From positions 2,692,025-2,716,024 of the forward strand of contig NZ_CP090981.1 in NCBI RefSeq assembly GCF_021513135.1: a stretch of DNA of 24,000 nucleotides, in the 5' to 3' direction. This DNA is from Vibrio sp. SS-MA-C1-2. Lineage in GTDB: Bacteria; Pseudomonadota; Gammaproteobacteria; Enterobacterales; Vibrionaceae. This document shows positions 8,267 through 17,511 of the stretch, one piece after another. The notes below the pieces were generated by a model that did no database searches, was not told the DNA's origin, and worked only from the letters and a program-made list of their open reading frames with translations. A program made the position numbers and the translations under genes. Position 1 is the stretch's first letter. Every line of letters begins with the position of its first letter.

Positions 8267-10813
8267 ATGGATATACTGAGATTCATTATCTTAACACTCT
8301 TGTTAACTTTTTCTGTAAACAGTCGAGCCATGGATAAAGCAGAAATGTATCGCTTAGCCTTTGGAATTGATATTACCACTTCGACTCAAACCATCAATAG
8401 TCAGTTGATTATTGATGGTTCCCAAGAGGAGTCACTCAATATTGAGTGGGATAGTTTTAATAAAAAAATCACACTTCCTAATGCACTACTGCCGACAATT
8501 CAACGTCATTTAACCCAAGGCTTTTCTGCCCCTGAAACTTGGATCAATGGTGATAAACTCAACCTCAATATTATGCAAGAAAGAGGCTTTAGAGTCGCAT
8601 TTGATCAAGCAACATTCACGACTCGAATAACAACACCACCGGATATACGTAAACGTCTCACCCTCAATTATTTTACCGAAGAGAGTCAAGATGTAGCCTT
8701 TACCTCCAGCTCAACTTCTGGCTTTGTTAATCTCTATTCAAATAACCAACAACAAGGGAGCAACTATAGTGGCAACCAACAGATCGATGCCTCTATCAAT
8801 CTAGATGAATTTATTTACCAGATCGAAAACAGCATTAATAGCAACGATAAACAAAAAGACTATCAGTTCACTGCCGCTCGAGTTATTTATCCTAACGATA
8901 CATTGAATGCTCATATCATTGCTGGAGAACTGCATCCCTTAAATAGTGATTGGCAACTATCCCCGACCCCCATTGCAGCTAATTTTGATGATAAGATCCT
9001 TGGGCTTGGCATTAATAGAAGAACAACCATGGCCAATAACAAAGAAGGTAAAACATCCAACTTTTTTTATAATTTTCAACTGCCAATAACCAGTGAAATA
9101 CAACTATTTGTTAATGATGAGATTACCTATCAAGCCACTTTGCCAGCGGGTCGTTATCAATTAAAAGGGGTTCCGATGGAGACGGGACTTAACTTTATTC
9201 GTGTAGATACGACAGGAAGTGATGGCAGCTTTAACCGTGTTGAAGATACCTATTATCAACGAGATGATATGCTTGAAAATAACCAATTTGAATACGATTT
9301 TAAAGTAGGTTTCCAATATGCTGATGCAACAACCGTCGATGAAGTTGAAAGTCAAGATGCCGCAATTATTGGTTCGTATCGCTATGGCATCAATGATATG
9401 TGGACATTAAATACCTATAGCCAACTCAAAGAGCGCCTTGCGGTTGTCGGTGCTATCCAGCAAGTGGGGACTAACATTGGTTATCTCACCTTTGATTTTT
9501 CAAATAGTTTTGATAACTATTTAGGCTACGGTTGGGCAACTCGGCTTGAGTTAATCAGCGATACGACATTTACGCCAATCCAAACCTTTGATTCAACTTA
9601 CCTCACCTACGGGATGAGTATTGAGTATTACAATGAAAATTACCAAACTAGTTATTACTATAATGATACGGATGCAAGAGAGTCTGAACTTTTTGCCAGT
9701 AAAATTGAATCTGTTATTCAGCCCTACCTCTCTATCGGTATCACTTCAAGCAGCCAAGTCACCTTAAATACGTTGCACACGCAATATCATGACAATATCA
9801 CCCCTATCTCAAATCAATATCGAGCCAATTTTCAACATCAACAAGAGAGTTGGACTTTCTCTGTTAGATATAGTTATACCGACAGCGATATTGATGAACA
9901 TGTATGGGGATTACGCGTCGAATGGCAACCTTTGCAATCACCTCACTACGCTTCAAGTGAATATGACTCTGAATCAGAATACCTCCGTACCGCTTATGAA
10001 TATAACGACCAAGAAGAGATATTTACACGTTATCGTGTCGAAAGTGACATTAAAGACCACGATAACCACCGAACATTACTAAGTAGAACGTATCAAGAAG
10101 GGATACAGGAGAATAAAATCCAATTGTCACATGGTGAAACAGACGGAAAAAATAACCTAACATTAGGGGGTGATTATGGGTCTGGACGTTTATTTACTGA
10201 AACAGAACTGAGTAAAACAGAAAGCCAAGACACCAGTTTAGCGTTTAACCTTGAGAGTGCCATTGTGTTTGTCGACTCTGAGTGGGGCGTAAGTCAACCA
10301 ATCGAAGATAGCTTTACTCTCTTCTCTAGTTATGATGGATTTGATAATAAAATCACGTTAGATACCGGAACGCAGATTGACCACTTTGGCCCGGCAATTA
10401 TTCCTGACTCACCGAGTTATCAAGCGATGGATTATCGTGCATCATCTAATGATATTGAAGTGTTATCCTCACTGTCTAATACTCAGTTTGTGGTTAAAAA
10501 CCGCTATGCCGCAGGTACACATATTCAGCTCAACAAACAAAAATCGCTCTTTATTTTAGCCTCGTTGGTTGATAACGATAATCAACCGATTCAGCTCAAA
10601 GCGGGTCAATTTTTCAACCTAGATACTCCCGATAGTATACCCATCCTCTTTTTTAGTGGCGAAGATGGTACGATCAGTTTAAAGGGGCTTTATGCCGGTC
10701 AATGGCAGATTAAAATGAATAATAGTAACCTAAGTTCTCAGCCAATTAATATAAAAGAAGGCGATGATGCAATTAAGCTTCTTGGTACTATCATTCTCAA
10801 GGATGAGGAGTAA
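8267..10813 (+). CDS. Outer-membrane fimbrial usher
   Basis: 848 aa with a signal peptide. Composition is beta-barrel-like (Y/N/S/T/G-rich with alternating patterns). Size and position after the chaperone match ushers. The 3' end carries the RBS (GAGGAG) for the next gene, 3 nt downstream. Confidence 0.7.
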   Translation: MDILRFIILTLLLTFSVNSRAMDKAEMYRLAFGIDITTSTQTINSQLIIDGSQEESLNIEWDSFNKKITLPNALLPTIQRHLTQGFSAPETWINGDKLNLNIMQERGFRVAFDQATFTTRITTPPDIRKRLTLNYFTEESQDVAFTSSSTSGFVNLYSNNQQQGSNYSGNQQIDASINLDEFIYQIENSINSNDKQKDYQFTAARVIYPNDTLNAHIIAGELHPLNSDWQLSPTPIAANFDDKILGLGINRRTTMANNKEGKTSNFFYNFQLPITSEIQLFVNDEITYQATLPAGRYQLKGVPMETGLNFIRVDTTGSDGSFNRVEDTYYQRDDMLENNQFEYDFKVGFQYADATTVDEVESQDAAIIGSYRYGINDMWTLNTYSQLKERLAVVGAIQQVGTNIGYLTFDFSNSFDNYLGYGWATRLELISDTTFTPIQTFDSTYLTYGMSIEYYNENYQTSYYYNDTDARESELFASKIESVIQPYLSIGITSSSQVTLNTLHTQYHDNITPISNQYRANFQHQQESWTFSVRYSYTDSDIDEHVWGLRVEWQPLQSPHYASSEYDSESEYLRTAYEYNDQEEIFTRYRVESDIKDHDNHRTLLSRTYQEGIQENKIQLSHGETDGKNNLTLGGDYGSGRLFTETELSKTESQDTSLAFNLESAIVFVDSEWGVSQPIEDSFTLFSSYDGFDNKITLDTGTQIDHFGPAIIPDSPSYQAMDYRASSNDIEVLSSLSNTQFVVKNRYAAGTHIQLNKQKSLFILASLVDNDNQPIQLKAGQFFNLDTPDSIPILFFSGEDGTISLKGLYAGQWQIKMNNSNLSSQPINIKEGDDAIKLLGTIILKDEE

Positions 10814-10816
10814 AAA

Positions 10817-12031
10817 ATGAAAAGACTATGCATTATATTATCTCTACTTTTTTCCCCTCTCTCTTTAGCACTTTGCCTAAACCAGAGTGGCGAACCGATT
10901 TTAACCATTAAAAGCATTGAGATACTAGAAGGCATCGGTAGCAAAAAGCACTCAAAAACAATCACATTAGAAGGACGAGAATGGTATCAAGAGTACCAAG
11001 AATCTTATTCGGGTAAAGTGACCTTTAAAAAAGGCAAAGGATATTCAGATCCTGGCTTATCTTCTTGCTTCTTTCAAATTGAAATACAAAATTTAAATCA
11101 GCCCTCAAAAGCTTACCCAGACCTTAGCGATCTCGATAGTAATGCATTTCGTCTTTACACGGTACAACAAGGTAATAAACTTCCCTTTAATCGCTCTGTC
11201 GCTGTTATTTATTTAGGGGAGACTAACCGCAAACATTGTCAGTTGCAGGGCGCAAATTTAACATGCCCTTTTCACTTCAATTTAGTCATCTCACCAGTAA
11301 AGAAAGATCAAATCCCTAAAGAGCAGTATCAAGGGAAAATATATTTAAGCCTATCTCTTGCATCTAGTGTCGGTGCAGGAAAGGTTAATAGTCGTCTATC
11401 AACAGATAACCGTGCACAATTAAAGCAGCAACTGTGTTCCCAGCAACGCTTTAGCACCACTCTCTATCTATGTGATCCAAAAAATGGGGAACGCTTAACG
11501 CGCAGTCAAGTTGTCAATTATGTCAAAAGCTTAAATTTAAGCAGAGAAAGTTTAAGTCGGTTAAATAAAACTAACATCAATAGCTTCATAACCTTGATAA
11601 TAAATCATCAAGATCCAAATCGTCCCTCTTTAACCATTTCAACTGAAAAAAGTCATCAATCTGGTGAAACTCGCGCTAATGTTGAACTCGGTAATTTGAT
11701 CGAAGCTCAACAAAAAGAGGTCTACTTTCTGGTTAACGGTACCAATAAATTTGACTACATGACATTAGAATCAGTGGGGAAACCAAAAGGTGTTTTATAT
11801 AACAGTAAACTGAAAGATCGCATCCCCTATACTATTTGCAATGAACAGTTAACAAAAAAAGCTAAATTTGATTTTAAAGCATTTAATAAAGTGAAAATCA
11901 GTAATAATAACCAAAAATATAAACACACCTTTCAACTCAATTGCTTAATCAAAACTCAACCACAAAAAAACAAGTTAGGTGGAAATAAATACAGTGATGT
12001 GATTTTAGCTACCCTTTATATTGATCCTTAA
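10817..12031 (+). CDS. Putative two-domain tip adhesin (CsuE-like)
   Basis: 404 aa with a signal peptide. There are two pilin-type terminal-strand motifs: mid-protein EQYQGKIYLSLSLA and C-terminal NKYSDVILATLYIDP. Several Cys pairs are present. It occupies the final position in the cluster, as tip adhesins do. Confidence 0.55.
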   Translation: MKRLCIILSLLFSPLSLALCLNQSGEPILTIKSIEILEGIGSKKHSKTITLEGREWYQEYQESYSGKVTFKKGKGYSDPGLSSCFFQIEIQNLNQPSKAYPDLSDLDSNAFRLYTVQQGNKLPFNRSVAVIYLGETNRKHCQLQGANLTCPFHFNLVISPVKKDQIPKEQYQGKIYLSLSLASSVGAGKVNSRLSTDNRAQLKQQLCSQQRFSTTLYLCDPKNGERLTRSQVVNYVKSLNLSRESLSRLNKTNINSFITLIINHQDPNRPSLTISTEKSHQSGETRANVELGNLIEAQQKEVYFLVNGTNKFDYMTLESVGKPKGVLYNSKLKDRIPYTICNEQLTKKAKFDFKAFNKVKISNNNQKYKHTFQLNCLIKTQPQKNKLGGNKYSDVILATLYIDP

Positions 12032-12078
12032 GCTACAATTAAGCTCTACTGCTTAAAATAATTCAATAAAGGAAAATT

Positions 12079-12369
12079 ATGCCTCACTTAACGATTGTTG
12101 CCGATATTGTGGCGAAAGATGATGCTATCGAATTGGTCAAATCAGAGCTATTAAAACTCGTTGAGCCAACCTTGAAAGAAGATGGCTGTTTAGGGTATGT
12201 TTTACATCAAAATAATGAGAATCCGGCTCATTTTACTTTTTATGAAAATTGGCAATCTAAAGAACATTTAGTAACACACCTTGCTAACTCACACATTGCA
12301 CAATATCAAGCAGCCACTAAGGATAAAACGCTCTCATTTACGATTAATGAATTGACTCAAATTAGCTAA
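12079..12369 (+). CDS. ABM-domain (antibiotic biosynthesis monooxygenase-like / YgiN-type) protein
   Basis: 96 aa. The pattern (VAKDDAIELVKSELLKLVEPTLKEDGCLGYVLHQNNENPAHFTFYENWQSKEHLVTHLANSH) is typical of the ABM ferredoxin-like fold. RBS AAAGGAAA. Confidence 0.75.
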   Translation: MPHLTIVADIVAKDDAIELVKSELLKLVEPTLKEDGCLGYVLHQNNENPAHFTFYENWQSKEHLVTHLANSHIAQYQAATKDKTLSFTINELTQIS

Positions 12370-12381
12370 TTTCTTATCAAG

Positions 12382-12420
12382 CTTGAAGTTGCAGTAAAAT
12401 ACACTGCAGCTCCAAGTTTT
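12382..12420 (+). terminator. Rho-independent terminator after the ABM gene
   Basis: CTTGAAGTTGCAGT / ACTGCAGCTCCAAG stem (~14 bp, one mismatch) followed by TTTT. The stem sequence (CTTGAAGTTGC) also resembles the ERIC terminal motif. Confidence 0.6.
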
Positions 12421-12429
12421 CTAAATCGA

Positions 12430-13575
12430 TTATTCAACTATCGCTAATTTTAGCGCTTTTATACCCTGCTCTATTTTGCTCCAAGGTGCACCTAAATTGA
12501 GACGGATGTAGTTACTATACTTTTCGCCGTAAGTATTTCCCGGCATAATCGCAACGCCATTTTCAATCAACCTTTCCTGTAACTCTTGTTGAGAAATAGC
12601 TAAGTGCTCAATGGAAATCCATGCTAAATAAGAACCATCAGGAATCGTATACTCAATCCCCATTTCATTTAACTGTTCTTTTAGCTTCATAAAATTTTCA
12701 TTCAAATAATCGTTTAATTCTGCTAGCCAATCTTCACATTCATTATACGCAGTTATCGTTCCTAAGACGCCTAAAATAGTTGGAGAACTTAAGCCATCTC
12801 GATTTTTCATCATCGTGGCAAAATTATCACGATCTTGTTGAGAAGGTATAATGGCATAAGAGCCACCAAATGCTGGAATATTAAATGTCTTTGATGCCGA
12901 AGAAGCAATCATATAGTGATTATTTAAACTCACTTTCGAGTAAGGAATATGTTTATTGCGACGAATAATATCCATATGAATTTCATCGGAAATAACAAAT
13001 ACATTATATTTATCAGCCAAATTCGCGATTTTTTCCATTTCATCAATGGTAAAAACGCGACCTGTAGGATTTTGTGGGTTACATAATATAAAAATTTCAG
13101 ATTGTTTAAATTTATGTTCTAAGTCGATAAAATCTATCGTCCACTCTCCTTCATGTAAAGTCATTGGATTTTCAATTAATTGACGATCTGAACTAAAAAT
13201 ACATTTAATAAATGCATCATACATGGGGGTCATCACGACAATTTTATCTTGAGGTTGAGATTTTAATTCAATAAATTTACTTAAGGTATAAATAACTGAA
13301 GGAGAATAAACAACTTCATCTAATTGAGGTAATACCGAAAAACGATTCTGATACCAAGCAGTCACACTACCTTGGAAATCTGCATGATTAGCACGAGAAT
13401 AACCAAAAACACCATGCTCACAACGTTTAACCGCGACATCAATAATTTTTTGTGGTGATTTAAAATCCATATCCGAAATGGTAAAAGGTAATAAATTGGC
13501 CTTACCGAAACGGTCTTGAACATAATCCCACTGAGTGCAATATGTTCCTTTTCTATCGACTTCTTTATTGAACAT
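12430..13575 (-). CDS. malY: MalY/PatB-type PLP-dependent C-S lyase (cystathionine beta-lyase family)
   Basis: 381 aa, collinear with my recollection of E. coli MalY (VDRxGTxCTQWDYVxDRFG..LLPFTISDMDF; ISDEIHMD; SKxFNIPA). It lies directly downstream of malX, as in E. coli. Confidence 0.85.
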   Translation of the reverse strand: MFNKEVDRKGTYCTQWDYVQDRFGKANLLPFTISDMDFKSPQKIIDVAVKRCEHGVFGYSRANHADFQGSVTAWYQNRFSVLPQLDEVVYSPSVIYTLSKFIELKSQPQDKIVVMTPMYDAFIKCIFSSDRQLIENPMTLHEGEWTIDFIDLEHKFKQSEIFILCNPQNPTGRVFTIDEMEKIANLADKYNVFVISDEIHMDIIRRNKHIPYSKVSLNNHYMIASSASKTFNIPAFGGSYAIIPSQQDRDNFATMMKNRDGLSSPTILGVLGTITAYNECEDWLAELNDYLNENFMKLKEQLNEMGIEYTIPDGSYLAWISIEHLAISQQELQERLIENGVAIMPGNTYGEKYSNYIRLNLGAPWSKIEQGIKALKLAIVE

Positions 13576-13621
13576 TTCTTTACCTTTATATTGTTATTAT
13601 TGAAGATGAGTATCCTATAAC

Positions 13622-13702
13622 TATCCCCCTCATACTTGAAGCTGCTAGGTTGTTGGCGTCGCTCGTTCGCCTACTAGCAACGCCAATTATTTTAGGTATA
13701 TA
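13622..13702 (-). repeat. ERIC-like element, internally deleted short form, reverse orientation
   Basis: TATCCCCCTCATACTTGAAGCTGCTAGGTTGTTGGCGTCGCTCGTTCGCCTACTAGCAACGCCAATTATTTTAGGTATATA. Both outer arms are present, but the central ~50 bp seen in the full copies is missing. Confidence 0.75.
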
Positions 13703-13725
13703 CCCCACTTCAAATTACTAAATAA

Positions 13726-13757
13726 AACAAAAAGGAGCTATTTTAGCTCCTTTTTCT
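13726..13757 (-). terminator. Rho-independent terminator after malX (symmetric; could act in both directions)
   Basis: AAGGAGCT-loop-AGCTCCTT hairpin flanked by an A-run and a T-run, ~50 nt after the malX stop codon. Confidence 0.65.
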
Positions 13758-13806
13758 ATACTCTCTGGATGAATATCCTTCTCTTATTTGAGTCACACCT
13801 TTAGTA

Positions 13807-15333
13807 TTAAACTAGTTTCGCCATGCTATTTTTAAGAACATGAACTTGAGGGCCAATAATTACCTGTAGGCTATTTTCATCTAAAATAACAACACCTAAC
13901 GCACCCAGTTTTTTCAAGGTATCTTCTTCAACTTTACTCATATCAGCAACGGTCATACGTAGACGAGTAATACAGTTATCTAACGTGGTAATATTCTCTG
14001 CACCACCTAACGCAGCAATGAATTGCTTCGCTTTTAGATTACCTGCATCTTTAATCGTTTTAGCATCCTCAACACCACTTTCATCATCAGAGCGTCCCGG
14101 AGTCATTAAGTTCCACTTTAAAATCGCAAACTTGAACGTAAAGTAATAAAGCGCAGCCCAAATAGGACCAACCAAAAGTAGGTTCAACCAACCAGTTTGA
14201 GTGCCTTGAAGTACACCAAAAGTGAAGAAATCAATTAAGTTGCCATCGGTATTACCAATTGTTGCACCTAATAAGCTCATTACCATAAAACCAAGTCCAG
14301 TATAAATGGCATGAATAACAAATAGAACTGGAGAGATAAATAGGAATAAGAATTCAATCGGTTCAGTAATACCACCAATCACACATGCAATAATACCAGA
14401 AATAATCAGTCCTTTAATTGCTGGCTTATTTTTCTCTTTTGCACACTGATACATGGCAAACGCAGCAGCAGGGAGACCAAATAAGAACGTTGGCATCTTA
14501 CCGCCAGAAAGGAACTGAGTCGCTGTTGGAGAGATAGGAAGCCCTGCACTTAATTCAGCATAGAATATATTTAATGCGCCAGATACTGTCGTTCCATCAA
14601 TAACCTGTGTACCTCCGGCTTCAGTAAAGCGAACCATAGCGACAAGAATATGATGAAGACCAAATGGTAAAAGTAAACGCTCACCTGCGCCAAAAATAAA
14701 GGGGCCAAATGCACCAGCGTGGCCAATTAACATGCCGATTGAGTTAATCACACCTTGAATTGGTGGCCAAATTAAAGGCACAAGAAGACCAACAATTGAC
14801 ATCACAATCGTTGTAATAATCGGTACAAAGCGAGAACCGCCCCAGAACGCAAAAGCATCAGGTAACTCTATTTCTCTAAAACGTTCATGCAATTTATAAA
14901 CAATAATACCGACGATAACACCACCAAGAACACCGGTATCAATCGTATTAATACCGATAATATCTTTAATCGTCGCACCTTCAATTCCACCAGAAACAGA
15001 CAAATAGGTGCTAATTGAAAGATTCATTACGGCATAGCCAACAAAGCCTGACATTGCAGCAACACCTTTATCTTCCGTTGCCAAACCTAACGGTATAGAG
15101 ATAGCAAAAAGTAAAGGTAAAAAGATAAAGGCGACTAAACCAATTTTAATAAAAAAGGTAAATATAGCTTGGATCCAAGGGGCGGATAAAAATGGAATAG
15201 TCTCTTGAATTGCGGAGCCACTGAAGCCTGCGCCTATACCTAATAAAATACCGGAAAACGCAAGCAGCGCAACAGGTAACATAAAGGTTTTACCTAGAGA
15301 CTGAAAAAAGCCCCAAGCAGTCTGTTTTTTCAT
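13807..15333 (-). CDS. malX: PTS EIICB component, maltose/glucose family
   Basis: 508 aa, collinear with my recollection of E. coli MalX (FFQxLGKTFMLPVALL; GERLLLPFGLHHILVA; GNTDGNxIDF; C-terminal EIIB LDNCITRLR). Confidence 0.85.
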   Translation of the reverse strand: MKKQTAWGFFQSLGKTFMLPVALLAFSGILLGIGAGFSGSAIQETIPFLSAPWIQAIFTFFIKIGLVAFIFLPLLFAISIPLGLATEDKGVAAMSGFVGYAVMNLSISTYLSVSGGIEGATIKDIIGINTIDTGVLGGVIVGIIVYKLHERFREIELPDAFAFWGGSRFVPIITTIVMSIVGLLVPLIWPPIQGVINSIGMLIGHAGAFGPFIFGAGERLLLPFGLHHILVAMVRFTEAGGTQVIDGTTVSGALNIFYAELSAGLPISPTATQFLSGGKMPTFLFGLPAAAFAMYQCAKEKNKPAIKGLIISGIIACVIGGITEPIEFLFLFISPVLFVIHAIYTGLGFMVMSLLGATIGNTDGNLIDFFTFGVLQGTQTGWLNLLLVGPIWAALYYFTFKFAILKWNLMTPGRSDDESGVEDAKTIKDAGNLKAKQFIAALGGAENITTLDNCITRLRMTVADMSKVEEDTLKKLGALGVVILDENSLQVIIGPQVHVLKNSMAKLV

Positions 15334-15606
15334 AAAAAATCCCTTTAACTAAATAATATAATTAATAAATATTATTTATTAATACAATAAGCATCTAGGT
15401 GAGTGCAATAAATTACATATTTTACATTAAAGGATTGGGCTACTTGTCACAAATAAAGGCAATTATGAGAGGTGAACACAAGCAGGAATATTCTTTATAA
15501 AAAATAAAACATTATTGACGTCTAAGGGATAAAGAGGACGATTCTTTTTAAAAAGGCAATTTACTCTTCAGTATGTTCGCCTACTGCGACACATAAGTAA
15601 ATTGCC

Positions 15607-15734
15607 TATACCTAAAATTAATTGGCGTTGCTAGTAGGCGGCAAGTGAGTGAGGCCCCATGAGTATAGATGTGCTATATAACTGGGGCTAATGAATGAAG
15701 GTAACAACCTACAGTTTCAAATTTAACGAAGATA
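15607..15734 (+). repeat. ERIC-like element, full-length copy 5 (right arm degraded)
   Basis: TATACCTAAAATTAATTGGCGTTGCTAGTAGGCGGCAAGTGAGTGAGGCCCCATGAGTATAGATGTGCTATATAACTGGGGCTAATGAATGAAGGTAACAACCTACAGTTTCAAATTTAACGAAGATA. It lies between the zrgD stop codon and the malX promoter region. Confidence 0.8.
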
Positions 15735-15758
15735 AAGCTAAACGTTTAGAGCGACAAA

Positions 15759-16250
15759 TTACATGTCGTCATACGCTTCAATACGTGTTGCATCGATCAA
15801 ATATCCAGTCTCAGCTAGGTCATTATTATGCGTTTCTGTTTTTAATGTGCCAACAACATAAATCACGTCCCATAACTCGGCAATCGGTGCACCTTTTTCC
15901 ATTTTCACATAGATAATTTGATTAGGTGGCGGTGGCGGAACATGAATACAAGCACCAAAGTAAGGCACTAATAGAAACTCTGTGATCACTTTATCATCCC
16001 CTTCTAAAGGGATAACAAAACCAGGGATTTTTACTTCACTGCCATTAAGTTCTTCTCTAACATCCCACAACATAACCGATTGTTGAGCAGCAGAGCCAGA
16101 ATGATCAGCAGGTAAAATGCCATTTGCATCGGCACTTTTTTGCTCTGATTCTGGAATTAAATCTAACCAATCTAAAAGTAAAGGCTCTGCTTTAGCAACA
16201 CTGCCCCAAACTAATAAAAAGCTCATTAATATATATTTTATTTTTTTCAT
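15759..16250 (-). CDS. zrgD: DUF3299-type periplasmic protein of the Zrg zinc-uptake system
   Basis: 163 aa with a signal peptide. Contains FLLVPYFGACIHVPPPPPNQ, which I recognise as DUF3299-like. It is tightly packed with the upstream permease gene (1-nt gap). Confidence 0.65.
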   Translation of the reverse strand: MKKIKYILMSFLLVWGSVAKAEPLLLDWLDLIPESEQKSADANGILPADHSGSAAQQSVMLWDVREELNGSEVKIPGFVIPLEGDDKVITEFLLVPYFGACIHVPPPPPNQIIYVKMEKGAPIAELWDVIYVVGTLKTETHNNDLAETGYLIDATRIEAYDDM

Positions 16251-16251
16251 T

Positions 16252-17511
16252 TTATACCTTAATTGTCATCCCATCAGACAGTGAATTCTTATACGCTTTT
16301 ATTGCAGGAATAATTCCGATGATTACACCAGAAAATAGAATCATTGCAATCAGTTTCATCTCATAAAGTGACAGAGCAGACAGTGTAATGTTAATTCCGT
16401 AGTTTGCGGCAATCCATGGGCTAACCAATGCTAAACCACCATATAGAATGATTGTACCTAAAATCAGCCCAATTGCGGTCAGCAAAAATGCTTCACTCAT
16501 TAACAGAGTAAAAATATGAATAGGACGCGCACCAATTGAACGTAAAATCGCCATCTCTCTGCGGCGTTCATTAAGGCTCGTCAGTAGACTACTCAACATA
16601 CCGAGTAACCCAGTAAAGACCACAAATATCGAGATCACCGTCAATGACTTTTCAGCGACTGCCATCATGCCCCATAACTCTTGTAGCGCAATTCCTGGTA
16701 AAATTGCCATTAACGGCTCTTTACGGTAATCATTAATTTCTCGTTGTAGCGCAAAGGTTTGAAACTTAGAGTTTAAACCAACAAAAAAGGCAGTGATTTG
16801 TTTTGGTTGATGTTGCTGCTCTAGCATCTGTTCAGCGCTCAATGTGTCATGAGATTTCGCTCCCGATTCCCAACCAACATGAATCGCTTCAATCGCTTGC
16901 AAAGAGACATGCACTGTTTTATCAACAGGGGTTCCTGTTGGATTAAGAATTCCCACAACCTTAAACGGTAAATTATCATGACGACTAAATGCCACATCAC
17001 TTAAACCATGAGCAATAATAATCTCTGAGCCCACTTTATAACCCAACTTATTGGCAACATCTGCACCAATAACCACCTCAAACAGAGAATTAAACGGCTT
17101 TCCTGCTTTAAATGTTAACGTCTGTTTTTTACCAAACTTAAAGTATTTAAAGTAGTCTTGATTGGTTCCCATCACACGAAATCCTTTATGGGAGTCGCCC
17201 AATGCAATAGGAATCGTATATTTTACTGAACGGTGATGTTTAAAGTGTTGGTAGCTAGCCCAATCGATATTATTGGTGGCATTACCGATACGAAATACAG
17301 AGTAGAGCAATAGATTTGTTTGGCCTGAACGAGCGCCCACAATCAGATCGGTACCAGAGATCGTATTCGCAAAACTGCTTTTGGTTTCAGTTCGAATCTT
17401 TTCAACACCTAATAGCAATACAACCGAAATCGCGACCGTTAAAATAGTTAAAATGGCGGTTGCTCGACGATTCAGCAAACTCTTCCATGCTAATTGTAAT
17501 AGCGTACTCAT
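16252..17511 (-). CDS. zrgC: FtsX/MacB-type ABC transporter permease
   Basis: 419 aa. One N-terminal TM segment, a large periplasmic domain and three C-terminal TM segments, which is the FtsX-like topology. Its start overlaps the ATPase stop codon (ATGA, 17508-17511). Confidence 0.75.
   Translation of the reverse strand: MSTLLQLAWKSLLNRRATAILTILTVAISVVLLLGVEKIRTETKSSFANTISGTDLIVGARSGQTNLLLYSVFRIGNATNNIDWASYQHFKHHRSVKYTIPIALGDSHKGFRVMGTNQDYFKYFKFGKKQTLTFKAGKPFNSLFEVVIGADVANKLGYKVGSEIIIAHGLSDVAFSRHDNLPFKVVGILNPTGTPVDKTVHVSLQAIEAIHVGWESGAKSHDTLSAEQMLEQQHQPKQITAFFVGLNSKFQTFALQREINDYRKEPLMAILPGIALQELWGMMAVAEKSLTVISIFVVFTGLLGMLSSLLTSLNERRREMAILRSIGARPIHIFTLLMSEAFLLTAIGLILGTIILYGGLALVSPWIAANYGINITLSALSLYEMKLIAMILFSGVIIGIIPAIKAYKNSLSDGMTIKV

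Noticed and set aside
10817-10880. Lipoprotein signal in the putative adhesin (SLALC)
   Set aside because: The residue before Cys is Leu, which does not fit the lipobox (G/A/S at -1). An ordinary signal peptidase I site is more likely.
7918-10965. Small ORFs nested in or antisense to the pilus genes (7918..8190 -, 9161..9355 -, 9789..10082 +, 10377..10559 +, 10738..10965 -)
   Set aside because: All overlap the long chaperone, usher or adhesin frames. These are typical chance ORFs in AT-rich sequence.
15334-15606. CRP or MalI operator upstream of malX
   Set aside because: Only isolated half-site-like strings (TGTGAC / TCACA) occur, without a properly spaced partner. I could not support a site from sequence alone.
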